The position numbers and the translations under genes were made by a program. DNA of 64,000 nt from Oscillospiraceae bacterium (GTDB taxonomy: Bacteria > Bacillota > Clostridia > Oscillospirales > Oscillospiraceae). The notes under the pieces were generated by a model, which worked only from the letters and a program-made list of their open reading frames with translations, was not told the origin of the DNA and did not search any database. How positions within the stretch are numbered: the stretch's first letter is position 1; every line of letters begins with the position of its first letter. This document shows positions 9,193 through 19,345 of the stretch, in pieces. Location: assembly GCA_020025175.1 (NCBI GenBank), contig JAHHSM010000002.1, positions 6,984-70,983 on the forward strand. The letters run 5' to 3'.

Positions 9193-9468
9193 TTATTTGA
9201 GCAGGCTCTCTTTCAAAGCCTTGCTGGGCTTGAAAGTGGGAGCTTTCGATGCGGGAATTTCAATTGCTTCTTTCGTCTTGGGGTTGCGGCCGATGCGTGC
9301 GGCACGCTCCTTGACTTCAAAAGAACCAAAGCCAACCAGCTGCACCTTTTCGTTTTCTTCCAGTGCCTTTGCAATGGTTTCCAGTGCAGCATTCAGCGTG
9401 ATCTCGGTATCCTTCTTGGAAAAACCGGTTTTTTCTGCGGTATAGCTAATCAATTCCTGCTTGTTCAT
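9193..9468 (-). CDS. hup: DNA-binding protein HU
   Basis: 91 aa with MNKQELI...GFGSFEVKERAARIGRNPKTKEAIEIPA, the canonical HU/IHF signature. Confidence 0.92.
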   Translation of the reverse strand: MNKQELISYTAEKTGFSKKDTEITLNAALETIAKALEENEKVQLVGFGSFEVKERAARIGRNPKTKEAIEIPASKAPTFKPSKALKESLLK

Positions 9469-9484
9469 ATTCTTTTCCTCCTAT

Positions 9485-10282
9485 TTATCCTTCGTGCGTT
9501 TGTTTTGCTTTTTCCCAAAGCTGCATCATTTCACTGAGCGTCATATCCTCGATCGCTTTTCCCTGGACCTGTGCAGCCCGTTCCAAAAAGGAAAAGCGCG
9601 CGATATACTTATCGCTGGCTTCATGGAGCGCCTCTTCCGGATCAATGCCCGCAAAGCGCGCTACAACCACGGCGGCAAACAGTACATCCCCCAGCTCCTC
9701 GCGGATGTTGCTCTGTTCTTTAACTGCCTGCGCCAGCTCTGCCTGCTCTTCGGCAAGCTTGTCCATCGCACCGGAGATATCCGGCCAGGTAAAGCCCGAC
9801 TTTGCCGCCTTTTTCTGAATTTTTTCCGCGCGCCACAGTGCCGGCAGTGTCCGCGCGACAGCCGTAAGCGTATCGGTATATGTCTCCTGTCCCTTTTCCT
9901 CGCGCTTGATGGCATCCCAATTTGCAAGCACCTGTTCTGTGCCTGCCACCTTGGTATCGCCAAACACATGGGGGTGGCGGTAGATCATCTTTTTTGAGAT
10001 TCCGTCCGCCACGGCGTTCAAATCAAAAGCCCCCTCGTCCTCCGACAAAGATGCGTGAAAGACCACCTGCAGCAGCACATCGCCCAATTCCTCACAAAGG
10101 AGGACATTGTTTTTCTGGTCAATGGCTTCCAGTACTTCGCAGGTTTCCTCCATCAGGCAGCGCCGCAGGCTTTCGTGGGTCTGCTCCATATCCCATGGAC
10201 AACCGCCGGGATGGCGCAGGATCTGAACGATTTTTCGGAGATCTTCAACAGTGTAATGATCCTTGAACTCAAAATCTACCAT
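9485..10282 (-). CDS. mazG: Nucleoside triphosphate pyrophosphohydrolase MazG
   Basis: Tandem MazG domains (CPWDMEQTHESL...EETCEVLEAI, and a second EELGDVLF). Start chosen at MVDFEF, preceded by AGAAGGA. Confidence 0.85.
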   Translation of the reverse strand: MVDFEFKDHYTVEDLRKIVQILRHPGGCPWDMEQTHESLRRCLMEETCEVLEAIDQKNNVLLCEELGDVLLQVVFHASLSEDEGAFDLNAVADGISKKMIYRHPHVFGDTKVAGTEQVLANWDAIKREEKGQETYTDTLTAVARTLPALWRAEKIQKKAAKSGFTWPDISGAMDKLAEEQAELAQAVKEQSNIREELGDVLFAAVVVARFAGIDPEEALHEASDKYIARFSFLERAAQVQGKAIEDMTLSEMMQLWEKAKQTHEG

Positions 10283-10390
10283 AATTTTTCCTTCTTTGCA
10301 ATCATTTTTTCCCTTTTTCCGCCTGTTCATGCAGGCGGCTGAAAAGCACGGCTTTCTTTTCAGCCGTGCTTTTCACACGCTGCGTTATTT

Positions 10391-11998
10391 TTATCGAATA
10401 TGGAGGATCTTCGCAATTTTTTCGCCTTTGGGGATCATTGCCAGATCTTCTTTTGTAATCATCCGCAGTGCAAGCACCAAAATACCATAAATCATCGCAG
10501 CCAGCAGAATCGCAGCCAAAACAGCGATTTTGTGAGACATACCAAGGCTTACCGTCAGCCATGCAAAGCTGTAATGTGCCGCAAGTCCCATTAAGAGCGT
10601 TGCAATAACGGGTTTGAAAAACAGCTTCAAGTAGTTGGGACGGCTTCCGCCTTTCAGCACGACAAACACCACTGCCAGATTCAAAACCGCAATGACTGCA
10701 TAGCACAGCAATGTGCTGATGGGGGCACCTTTAATGCCAAAAGCAGGATTGCCGCAGAGGGTGTAGGTTGTAACGATTTTGACAACACCGCCGATAAGCG
10801 CCGTAATAATCGGTACATTTACTCTTCCGCAGGCCTGTAAAATCGCATTGGTCAGGATCATCAGACACACAAAAATCACGGCAATACCAAGAATCTGCAA
10901 ATGAAATGTTGCCGCTTCCGCCGTATCAGGCACAGCAGGGTAAAGGAGCTGCAAAATCGGCCCTGCCAGCACACTCAGACCAACACCGGCAGGCAGTGCC
11001 AGCATCACGATCAAGCGGAAGGAAGAGGAGATGATGCGGTTTGCCTGCATCTGATTTTTTCGCATCAGCGCCGCAGAAACTGCCGGAATCAGGCTGATTG
11101 TCACAGGGTAGACAAAAGTTGCCGGCAGGTTGAAGAGCGTCATGCCAAAGGTATACTGACCATAAAGAGATGCCGCGATTTTTTCTGAAAGCCCCAATGC
11201 ATCCTGCAGCCGTGCCATCACGATGGTCTGATCGACCAGAGTGATAATGCTCATCACACTGGAACCCAGCGTAATTGGCACACCGATCAAAAGAATTCTT
11301 TTGATAATCTTTCCGGAAGCGTCCGGTACATCATCGCTTCTGGTGTACGTCCGATGGCGCAGCAGCCAGACACCCAAAAACAGCACAGCCATCGCAGAGC
11401 CGACAGTAACACCGAAAATGGCGGCAGCCGCACCGACTTCCACCTTTGCATGGAGCTGATGGAGCAGATACCATGCAAGGGTCAGACCAACCACGAGTTT
11501 AAAAGTTGCTTCCAGAATCTGCGAAACCGCAGTGGGCACCATGTTGCCGCGTCCCTGAGTGTAGCCGCGGAAGCAGCCGATCAGACACACAAAAAACACG
11601 GCGGGAGCAAGCACCTTGATGGGGTAATATGCCAGAGAGTCATTCATGCCGATTGCAAGGGGCTCGGCAAAGAAGAACATGATGCTCGATGCCACGATAC
11701 CCAGACAGAAGAACATCACCAGTGCCACGCGGAACTGGCGGCGCACCTGATTGTGCCGCCCCAGCGCCGAGGCCTCGCTGGTGAGCTTGCTCAGTGCCAG
11801 AGGGAAGCCTGCTGTAGAAAGCTGCAGCAGAAAGTTATACACATTATAGGCAATATTAAAGTGGCCCATGCCTTCATCATCCAAAATATTGCCCAGAGGA
11901 ATTTTGTAAACGGCCGAGATGATCTTTACCACCACTACCGCCATGGTCAGGACAGCGACACCGCCCAAAAAGTTTTGTTTACGCGCAATGTTTGACAT
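10391..11998 (-). CDS. MOP-superfamily flippase (YabM/SpoVB/MurJ-like polysaccharide or lipid II flippase)
   Basis: 535 aa with about 14 TM helices. Its position upstream of mazG matches B. subtilis yabM. Confidence 0.75.
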   Translation of the reverse strand: MSNIARKQNFLGGVAVLTMAVVVVKIISAVYKIPLGNILDDEGMGHFNIAYNVYNFLLQLSTAGFPLALSKLTSEASALGRHNQVRRQFRVALVMFFCLGIVASSIMFFFAEPLAIGMNDSLAYYPIKVLAPAVFFVCLIGCFRGYTQGRGNMVPTAVSQILEATFKLVVGLTLAWYLLHQLHAKVEVGAAAAIFGVTVGSAMAVLFLGVWLLRHRTYTRSDDVPDASGKIIKRILLIGVPITLGSSVMSIITLVDQTIVMARLQDALGLSEKIAASLYGQYTFGMTLFNLPATFVYPVTISLIPAVSAALMRKNQMQANRIISSSFRLIVMLALPAGVGLSVLAGPILQLLYPAVPDTAEAATFHLQILGIAVIFVCLMILTNAILQACGRVNVPIITALIGGVVKIVTTYTLCGNPAFGIKGAPISTLLCYAVIAVLNLAVVFVVLKGGSRPNYLKLFFKPVIATLLMGLAAHYSFAWLTVSLGMSHKIAVLAAILLAAMIYGILVLALRMITKEDLAMIPKGEKIAKILHIR

Positions 11999-12019
11999 GC
12001 AATATGAATCCTTTCTCTG

Positions 12020-13324
12020 TCAGCGGAACAATTTGGGGACTGCGTAGTTTTCCACCTCACGATAAATTTCTTCGATATCCAGCGTGAGGAATGCCCCATT
12101 CTCATATATGATTTTTCCGCGCGCCATATTCATATACACGTTTGACGGGTTTGCAGAATAAATCAGATTTGCCTGTACGTCATGGCAGGGCCGGAGATTG
12201 GGTGCATGGAAATCCACGAGAATCAGGTCCGCCTGTGCCCCCACCTGTACAACACCGGCATGGCGCCCCTGTGCCCTGGCACCGTTGACCGTTGCCATCT
12301 TCAGCACTTGCTCGTCGCTCAGAGAGACGGGATCGAGGCTCGTGACCTTGGACAGCAGGGAAGCCAGCTTCATTTCCTCAAACATGTTGTGGTTATCGTT
12401 GGAGCTCATGCCGTCCGTTCCCAGTGCCACATTGACACCGGCACGCAGCATATCCGCAACGGGTGCCGCCCCGGATGCCAGCTTCATATTGGATGCCGGG
12501 TTGTGAATCACGCTCACGCCGCGGCGCTTGAAAATTTCCCAATCTTCAGGCGTTGTCCACACGCAGTGGGCGGCAATGGCAGGGGTATCCCACAGTCGGT
12601 ATTTCTCGAAAAGTGCCGCAGGGCTCATGCCGTGGCGCTGCTGGCACGCCAGCTGCTCGGACTTGGTTTCCGACAGATGCACATGCATTTGCAGCTTGTT
12701 TCTCCGGGCAAAATCCGCCGCCCAGGACCACAGCTTGCCGTTGGATGTATATTCGCCGTGGATGCAGGCGTCAATGCGGATCTGACCGTCATTATAATTG
12801 TGCCATTTTTCCACCAGCTCTTTTGCTTCGATGCAGGGCTGGTATGTATTGGGGTCAAAATCCTCGCTGAACACGGTTAAGCCGCGGGCAATATTTGCAT
12901 TGATGCCGCTTTTCACCACTTCTTCGATGATGTCATCACAGAAATAATACATATCGGATACCGACGTGATGCCGGAAGAAATGGCTTCTGCCAGAGAAAG
13001 GGCTGTGCCGACACGGACGGCACGGGAATCCAGCTTTTCCTCCACAGGAAAAATATACTCGTTGAGCCAGGTCTGCAAATCGTGACCGCCGCCGTAGCCG
13101 CGCATGAGGGACATGGGCAGGTGGGTATGTGCATCCACAAACCCGGGCATCAGGACCTTTCCGCTCCCGTTGACTTCGCGGTCGATCTGCTCGCCCTGCG
13201 GGCGAATGGGTCCGATATAGGCGATGATCTGACCCTTGATGAGCACAAAGCTGTCCTGCAGGACCGTATTTGCTGCATCCATACAAACCACAGTCACATG
13301 GGAAAATAAGGTATTCATGGTCAT
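12020..13324 (-). CDS. mtaD: 5-methylthioadenosine/S-adenosylhomocysteine deaminase-type amidohydrolase
   Basis: Motifs PGFVDAHTHLPMSLMRGY, HVHLSET and GTDG. Start at MTMNTLF (13324) or at the ATG at 13318, both after GAAGGA. Confidence 0.8.
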   Translation of the reverse strand: MTMNTLFSHVTVVCMDAANTVLQDSFVLIKGQIIAYIGPIRPQGEQIDREVNGSGKVLMPGFVDAHTHLPMSLMRGYGGGHDLQTWLNEYIFPVEEKLDSRAVRVGTALSLAEAISSGITSVSDMYYFCDDIIEEVVKSGINANIARGLTVFSEDFDPNTYQPCIEAKELVEKWHNYNDGQIRIDACIHGEYTSNGKLWSWAADFARRNKLQMHVHLSETKSEQLACQQRHGMSPAALFEKYRLWDTPAIAAHCVWTTPEDWEIFKRRGVSVIHNPASNMKLASGAAPVADMLRAGVNVALGTDGMSSNDNHNMFEEMKLASLLSKVTSLDPVSLSDEQVLKMATVNGARAQGRHAGVVQVGAQADLILVDFHAPNLRPCHDVQANLIYSANPSNVYMNMARGKIIYENGAFLTLDIEEIYREVENYAVPKLFR

Positions 13325-13346
13325 TCCTTCTTTCAATGATTCAAGC

Positions 13347-14300
13347 TTATAGTTTTTCGAGGCATGCACAGACCAAAGCGGAAAAATGTGCCTGAGCGTT
13401 TTCTGCCGCGTCCAGCACATCCGCTTCCGTCAGCGGCTGATCGAGAATCCCTGCTGCCATATTGGCGCACAAGGTAAATCCCAGCACATCCATACCACAG
13501 TGATTCGCTGTAATAACTTCCGGCACAGTGCTCATGCCCACGGCATCAGCACCCAGAATGCGGGCCACACGCACTTCTGCCGGTGTTTCAAACTGCGGAC
13601 CGGGGAAGAACATATAAACGCCTTCCCGCAGCGTAATCTGCAATTCTCTGGCGCAGCTGCGGGCAATTTCCTGCAATGCCGGCGCATAGGCATGGCTCAT
13701 GTCGGGGAAACGCACGCCGAATTCCTCAATATTCGGTCCTGTCAGGGGACTGCACGCACCAAGCTTGATATGGTCGGTAATCAACATGATGTCACCCGGC
13801 GCAAAGCTGTCACGCACAGCGCCGGCGGCGTTGGTCACGATCATTTTCTCAATACCAAGCAGATGCGCAACGCGCACGGCATAGGAAACCTCATCCATAC
13901 TATAGCCTTCATAGGTATGCATTCTGCCCTGCATGATGGCAACATTTTTGCCCTTGAGTTTACCGAATACAAAGCGGCCCCTGTGTCCCGGTGCAGTGGA
14001 ATGCTTGAAATAGGGGATATCGGCGTAATCCACATAAATCGGATCTTCTGCCGCATCGCCTAAGAACCCCAGACCGGAACCGAGAATCATCAGTACCTCA
14101 GGCTCAAATTCACCTAAAATCGCACGAAGATACTCTGCGCTGGCGCAATACTCCTGATAGGCACTTCTTTCCGTCATGCTGCTGAGTTGTCTGCGTGCTG
14201 TCTGCGCTGCATTTTCGGCAGCTTTTGAAAGCTGCTGCACACCGTCTGCCGCTTTTTCACATACGGCATCCGCCGCCATCCAAAATTTTTGATGCTTCAC
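13347..14300 (-). CDS. punA: Purine nucleoside phosphorylase (PunA/PNP family 2)
   Basis: Motifs GSGLG, GHRGRFVFG, MQGRMHTYEGY and VGMSTVPE. The GTG start overlaps the upstream stop (GTGA) and gives a 41-aa N-terminal extension. An alternative ATG at 14177 gives the usual length. Confidence 0.8.
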   Translation of the reverse strand: MKHQKFWMAADAVCEKAADGVQQLSKAAENAAQTARRQLSSMTERSAYQEYCASAEYLRAILGEFEPEVLMILGSGLGFLGDAAEDPIYVDYADIPYFKHSTAPGHRGRFVFGKLKGKNVAIMQGRMHTYEGYSMDEVSYAVRVAHLLGIEKMIVTNAAGAVRDSFAPGDIMLITDHIKLGACSPLTGPNIEEFGVRFPDMSHAYAPALQEIARSCARELQITLREGVYMFFPGPQFETPAEVRVARILGADAVGMSTVPEVITANHCGMDVLGFTLCANMAAGILDQPLTEADVLDAAENAQAHFSALVCACLEKL

Positions 14301-15826
14301 TCCGCTTCGCTCCTTCCTTCTGACACTTCGCTTTTGCCGTAGCTTTCCAGCAGTGCCTGCTCAAATTCTTCAAATTTTTCCCGATCCCCTTGGATCTTTT
14401 CGGGATGTTCCATATATTCCTTTGCAAATTTGCAGTTATAATAGCGCTCGATTCTGCCCACGCGGGGGTCCACCATTTTTGTAGAGCCGCCTGCACCCAA
14501 AGACAGAATGGTGTGCAGCTCCTCCATGATGTAAATATTATAAAGTCCCTCGCCGCCGGGTTTGCTCCAGCCCACGTTTTCAAAATTGCCGGACATATAT
14601 TTCTGACGATAGAGATAGTAAGGCACATATCCTGCTGCGCTCAGCTGTGCATTGGCATAATCCAGCATTTCTCCCACGTCTGCCGCATCGGGGATCTTCA
14701 GCCCGTCCAGCATGATACGGGAGCCCTTTTTCAATGCCAGTGTATGTACCGTAATATTATCCGGCGCCAGAGCGAGGCAGGTATCCAGTGTTCTGCGGAA
14801 GCCTGCGGGCGTATCCTCCGGCAGTCCTGCAATCAGATCCATATTGATATGGGGAATACCGGACTGCTTGGCAAGCTCCATGGCACGGAGCACATCCGCC
14901 GCGCTGTGACGGCGGCCGATCGCCTGCAGCACATGGTCTTCCATCGTTTGGGGATTGATGCTGATGCGGCTGACGCCGTGCTCTTTCAGCACACGCAGCT
15001 TTTCTGCATTCAGGGTATCCGGGCGACCGCCTTCCACAGTATATTCGGCAAGATGCCGCAAATCAAATGCCTGCTCCAGTGCACACATCAAACGGTCCAT
15101 CTGCTCCGCTGACAGGGTCGTAGGGGTGCCGCCGCCCATATAGAGGGACTTGATGCGCAGTCCCAGTTTCTCCACCGATGGGCCCATCAGCGCCACCTCT
15201 TCACAAAGAGCATCAAGATAGGGGTCGATCATGGCAAAGGTTTTCTGCACCGATGCACTCACAAAGGAGCAATAGGAGCAGCGCGTAGGGCAGAAAGGAA
15301 TACCCACATAGAGGGAAATCTCATCCCTGCGCAGTTCTTTTTCCGCTTTCATACTGGCACGCGCCGTAGAAAGGCACAGCTGCGCCCGTTCCTTCGACAC
15401 AAAGAACTCCTCGCGCATGGCTTTCATGGCCTCAGCCTCTGTTTTTCCTGCTTCCAGCATCTGTGTCACAAGCCGTGCAGGGCGAATCCCCGTCATTGCG
15501 CCCCAAGGCGGATTTTCACCGGTAATGGCAACTGCTGCCTTAAAAAAGCTCAATTTCACGATGCGCTGGCAAAGACGATCTCTGGAAAATGCATCCGCAT
15601 CCAGCTGCGCCGTTTTTGCGCGGCTGGCACCCAGAGCACGTTTTCCGTCTCGATTGAGCCGTGTGGTTGCCGTAACCCAGGTATCACCTACGGATAAGCG
15701 CACAACGGCGCAGTTGTCCTCATTGCGCCCGCAGATACCGTATTGCGGTTTTTCACCGGGGAAGAGAACCATCATGATCTGCTCCGCGGCGTATTGATAG
15801 GTGTGTCCGATCAGCTGCAGCTTCAT
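14297..15826 (-). CDS. hemZ: Radical SAM coproporphyrinogen dehydrogenase-like protein (HemZ/HemN family)
   Basis: 509 aa with the CxxxCxxC motif GIPFCPTRCSYCSF and HemN-like downstream regions. Confidence 0.8.
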   Translation of the reverse strand: MKLQLIGHTYQYAAEQIMMVLFPGEKPQYGICGRNEDNCAVVRLSVGDTWVTATTRLNRDGKRALGASRAKTAQLDADAFSRDRLCQRIVKLSFFKAAVAITGENPPWGAMTGIRPARLVTQMLEAGKTEAEAMKAMREEFFVSKERAQLCLSTARASMKAEKELRRDEISLYVGIPFCPTRCSYCSFVSASVQKTFAMIDPYLDALCEEVALMGPSVEKLGLRIKSLYMGGGTPTTLSAEQMDRLMCALEQAFDLRHLAEYTVEGGRPDTLNAEKLRVLKEHGVSRISINPQTMEDHVLQAIGRRHSAADVLRAMELAKQSGIPHINMDLIAGLPEDTPAGFRRTLDTCLALAPDNITVHTLALKKGSRIMLDGLKIPDAADVGEMLDYANAQLSAAGYVPYYLYRQKYMSGNFENVGWSKPGGEGLYNIYIMEELHTILSLGAGGSTKMVDPRVGRIERYYNCKFAKEYMEHPEKIQGDREKFEEFEQALLESYGKSEVSEGRSEAE

Positions 15827-15829
15827 AGA

Positions 15830-16447
15830 TCAACCCAGCTGCATCGCAGAACGAATGAAAGGATTGGTTCTGCGCTCGGTGTCCAATGTGCTGGTGTACT
15901 CATGTCCGGGATAAATTTTGCAGTCGCCGGGCAGGCTTGCAAGACGGCGCAGAGAAACGCACATTTTGCCCCAGTCTCCGCCGGGAAAATCCACGCGACC
16001 GCAGCTGCCGGCAAACAGGGTGTCGCCTGTAAACATGGCATCCTGACTCTTAAATACCACGCTGCCCGGTGTGTGACCGGGGGTTTCATACACCACAAAG
16101 GCAATGCTGCCCACCATAATGGTGTCCCCGTCTTTGATATATTTCATGCCGTCCACATGCATGCACTGATAGAAGGCAGGACTGCCGCCTTCGCAGACAT
16201 CCTCTCTGTGAATCATCACCGGGATGCCGGGGAAGGATGCCGCCACTTTTGGAAGGGCTGTGGTATGGTCATAATGACCGTGGGTCACCAAAATGGATTC
16301 CAGCTCGTAGCCAAACTCCTTCCACAGCTGTACCAGACGGTCCCCTTCGTCACCGGGGTCCACGATACAGCCACGCTTTGTCGCTTCATCGCCAACAAAA
16401 TAGCAATTTGTCCCGATGGAACCAACTTGATAGCATTTCACTTCCAT
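15830..16447 (-). CDS. MBL-fold metallo-hydrolase (glyoxalase II-like)
   Basis: THGHYDHTTAL metal-binding motif and PGHTPGS. 205 aa. Confidence 0.8.
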   Translation of the reverse strand: MEVKCYQVGSIGTNCYFVGDEATKRGCIVDPGDEGDRLVQLWKEFGYELESILVTHGHYDHTTALPKVAASFPGIPVMIHREDVCEGGSPAFYQCMHVDGMKYIKDGDTIMVGSIAFVVYETPGHTPGSVVFKSQDAMFTGDTLFAGSCGRVDFPGGDWGKMCVSLRRLASLPGDCKIYPGHEYTSTLDTERRTNPFIRSAMQLG

Positions 16448-16462
16448 ATCAGCATTCTCCTT

Positions 16463-16536
16463 TTACTGCTCCGTATCAAATAAAATTGTCACCGGTCCGT
16501 CATTCACCGACGAAACCTGCATATCTGCGCCGAATT
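16463..16536. repeat. Copy A of a 74-bp direct repeat (orphan duplicate of the dtd 3' end)
   Basis: Identical to 16658..16731 except for 2 adjacent mismatches. On the minus strand it encodes ...[23 protein letters not shown] and abuts the RBS of the MBL gene. Confidence 0.9.
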
Positions 16537-16657
16537 TTCCCGTCAAGTCCCCTTGACGGGAACCCTCGGTTTTGATTTGCGCAGCGGCAAATGAATTGCC
16601 GCTGCACCAAGGTTTTGCTTGGCAAAACGCTTGAGGCGAATTCGGCTCCGTTGACCG
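16537..16657. other. 121-bp hairpin-rich insert between the two repeat copies
   Basis: Three stem-loops are visible: CCCGTCAAG/CTTGACGGG (16539..16560), GCAGCGGCAA/TTGCCGCTGC (16581..16605) and GTTTTGC/GCAAAAC (16612..16628, extended by CAAG/CTTG). Confidence 0.7.
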
Positions 16658-17098
16658 TTACTGCTGTGTATCAAATAAAATTGTCACCGGTCCGTCATTC
16701 ACCGACGAAACCTGCATATCTGCGCCGAATTCGCCGTGCTCCACTTCAAATCCGTGGCTGCGGCACTGCTCCATAAACAGCTCATACAGCGGAATTGCCA
16801 AATCCGGCTTTGCAGCCCCCGTAAAGCCGGGACGGCGCGACTTCGTATCGGCATACAGTGTAAACTGGGAAACAACCAAAAGCTTCCCGTCTACAGCGGC
16901 CAAATCCAAATTCATTTTATCCTGTTCATCCGAGAAAACACGCAAATGGCAAATCTTTTCTGCCAGTTTTTTCGCCGTTTCCTCCGTATCCTGCGGACCG
17001 ACACCCAGCAGAACCAGAAATCCTTTTTTAATTTCTCCCTTTATCACACCGCCTATGGCAACGGATGCGGATGACACACGGGTCACAACTGCACGCAT
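16658..17098 (-). CDS. dtd: D-aminoacyl-tRNA deacylase
   Basis: 146 aa, [15 protein letters not shown]...GFLVLLGVG...SQFTLYAD...GPVTILFDT, the canonical Dtd sequence. Its last 74 nt (16658..16731) form repeat copy B. Confidence 0.9.
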   Translation of the reverse strand: MRAVVTRVSSASVAIGGVIKGEIKKGFLVLLGVGPQDTEETAKKLAEKICHLRVFSDEQDKMNLDLAAVDGKLLVVSQFTLYADTKSRRPGFTGAAKPDLAIPLYELFMEQCRSHGFEVEHGEFGADMQVSSVNDGPVTILFDTQQ

Positions 17099-17116
17099 TT
17101 TTGCTTTCCTCCTTAA

Positions 17117-19339
17117 TCAGCCTGTGGGACGCTTGACGTCCATGACGCCGGAAATGCCCTTGAGTTTCTTCATCAGTGTGCTCAGCTGCTCTGCGCCGTT
17201 CACTTCCATACCCACAGAGGTGATGGCAAATCCATCGGGCATACCGCGGGAGGAGAAGGTCAGCACACGCACCTTTGCAGAGGACAGCATGGACGAAATA
17301 TCCAGAACCAGACCGTCACGGTCTTTGGAAATAATGTCGAGGGTGGTTTGATAATTTTCGTGGGTATCCTTGCCCCAGGTCACCTTCACCCAGCGTGCCG
17401 CCTCTTCCGGGTTTTTGGAATCACAGTGCACATTGGGGCAGTCCGCCCGGTGAACAGAAACGCCATAGCCGCGGGTGATAAAGCCTACAATGGGATCACC
17501 GGGCACTGGCGCGCAGCATTTCGCAAACTTGACCAGACAGTTATCCAACCCTGCCACGATCACACCGTTTTCACTGTGCTGCTTGCCGGGCACAGGCTGT
17601 ACAGCAGCGGTTTTTGCCTGCTCATCCAGTTCCGCACTCTTCTGCACAGCCTGCTGGCTGCGCTTTTCACGCATCATCTCATCTTTTATGCGGTTGACTG
17701 CCTTCAATGTGGATAGACCGCCGTAGCCGATGGCTGCATACATATCGTCGATCGTACTGTAAGACATCTTTTTCAACGCTGCCGGCAGGTTTTCCCAGGC
17801 CGTCAGCTCAGAGAGGGTGAGCCCTGCGCGCTTTAATTCAGAATCAAAGCTCACCTTGCCGCGGGCAATGTTCTCCTCGCGGCGCTCTTTCTTAAACCAT
17901 TGGCGAATTTTATTGCGTGCCTCACTGGATTTTGCAATTTTCATCCAGTCACGGCTGGGGCCGTGGGCGCCCTTGGTGGTCACGACCTCCACAATATCGC
18001 CGTTTTTCAGTGTATAATCAAAGGTCACGATGCGGCCGTTGACCTTGCAGGAAATCATCGCATTGCCCACAGCCGAGTGAATTGAGTAAGCGAAGTCGAT
18101 GGGTGTTGCGCCGGCAGGCAGATTGACCACATCGCCGCTGGGGGTAAACACGAACACCTCATCGCCAAACATATCCACCTTCAAATTGTGGATAAATTCC
18201 TCAGCATCAGAACTTTCCTGATTTTCAAGGAGCTTTCGCACCCATTCATACGTTTTCTCGCTGCCGCCGCCCTGACCGTTCTGCTTATACTTCCAGTGGG
18301 CCGCAATACCGTATTCCGCGATCTGATGCATTTCCTCCGTACGGATCTGCACTTCAAAGGGAATGCCCTCGTCACCGATCACCGTGGTGTGCAAAGATTG
18401 GTACATATTGGGCTTGGGCGTTCCGATATAGTCCTTGAATCGTCCCAGCACGGGCTTATAAAGATCGTGCATCACACCCAGCACATTATAACAATCCGGA
18501 ATACTTTTCACGATAACGCGAAAAGCGAACAGATCGTAGATTTCCTCCAGCGTTCTGCCTTGCGTATACATTTTGCGGTAAATACTGTAGGTATGCTTGA
18601 TACGGCCGTATACTGCGGAATACTCCACACCGATTTCCTGCAGCCGTTCTTCGATCTGGCTCTGGATATGCTTCATGAATCCCTCGCGCTCAGCGCGGTT
18701 GGCTTCCAGCTTATCGTCGATGTCCTTGTAACCCACAGGGTCCAGATAGCGCAGGGAACGGTCTTCCAATTCCCATTTGACTTTCTGCATACCAAGACGG
18801 TGAGCAATGGGAGCATAAATCTCCATGGTTTCCAGAGATTTCTGCTTCTGCTTTTCTTCCGTCTGGTAGTCCATGGTGCGCATATTGTGCAGGCGGTCGG
18901 CGATTTTGACCAGGATTACCCGAATATCCTTGCTCATTGCCATCAGCATTTTACGCAGATTCTCCATCTGCTCCTCTTCTTTGCTGATGTACTGCACACG
19001 GGTCAATTTTGTCACGCCCTCCACCAGTTCTGCAACGGCAGGCGAAGCCAGCTTTGCAATTTCTTCGTGGGTGGCGTTTGTATCTTCAATGCAGTCATGC
19101 AGCAGCGCTGCCATGATGGACTCACTGTCCAAACGCATATCTGCTACGATCTGCGCCACCGCCAAAGGATGGGTAATGTAGGGGAAGCCGTCTTTTCTGC
19201 GCTGATGCATGTGTTTATCCCGTGCATACTCAAAGGAACGGCGCATTTTTTCAAAATCAGCGTTGTTATTATATGCATGTACAGATGCTTCCAGCGCATC
19301 GTATTTTTCGTTTACAAACCGCAACTCTTCATCAGTCAT
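17117..19339 (-). CDS. relA: Bifunctional (p)ppGpp synthetase/hydrolase RelA/SpoT
   Basis: 740 aa with an HD domain (HPLAVA...LHDCIEDT), a synthetase domain (YQSLHTTV), and TGS and ACT regions. Confidence 0.93.
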   Translation of the reverse strand: MTDEELRFVNEKYDALEASVHAYNNNADFEKMRRSFEYARDKHMHQRRKDGFPYITHPLAVAQIVADMRLDSESIMAALLHDCIEDTNATHEEIAKLASPAVAELVEGVTKLTRVQYISKEEEQMENLRKMLMAMSKDIRVILVKIADRLHNMRTMDYQTEEKQKQKSLETMEIYAPIAHRLGMQKVKWELEDRSLRYLDPVGYKDIDDKLEANRAEREGFMKHIQSQIEERLQEIGVEYSAVYGRIKHTYSIYRKMYTQGRTLEEIYDLFAFRVIVKSIPDCYNVLGVMHDLYKPVLGRFKDYIGTPKPNMYQSLHTTVIGDEGIPFEVQIRTEEMHQIAEYGIAAHWKYKQNGQGGGSEKTYEWVRKLLENQESSDAEEFIHNLKVDMFGDEVFVFTPSGDVVNLPAGATPIDFAYSIHSAVGNAMISCKVNGRIVTFDYTLKNGDIVEVVTTKGAHGPSRDWMKIAKSSEARNKIRQWFKKERREENIARGKVSFDSELKRAGLTLSELTAWENLPAALKKMSYSTIDDMYAAIGYGGLSTLKAVNRIKDEMMREKRSQQAVQKSAELDEQAKTAAVQPVPGKQHSENGVIVAGLDNCLVKFAKCCAPVPGDPIVGFITRGYGVSVHRADCPNVHCDSKNPEEAARWVKVTWGKDTHENYQTTLDIISKDRDGLVLDISSMLSSAKVRVLTFSSRGMPDGFAITSVGMEVNGAEQLSTLMKKLKGISGVMDVKRPTG

Positions 19340-19345
19340 TGTGAA

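Noticed and set aside
10302-10706. 134-aa ORF overlapping the 3' end of the flippase gene and the mazG upstream region
   Set aside because: It is out of frame within a well-supported membrane-protein gene. Its product is Cys/Arg-rich with no RBS, which marks it as a typical shadow ORF.
16237-16776. Two plus-strand ORFs (16237..16575 and 16591..16776) that share the identical peptide [21 protein letters not shown], which looked like a duplicated small gene
   Set aside because: The shared peptide is simply the antisense translation of the 74-bp duplicated dtd 3' end. Neither ORF has an RBS or coding context.
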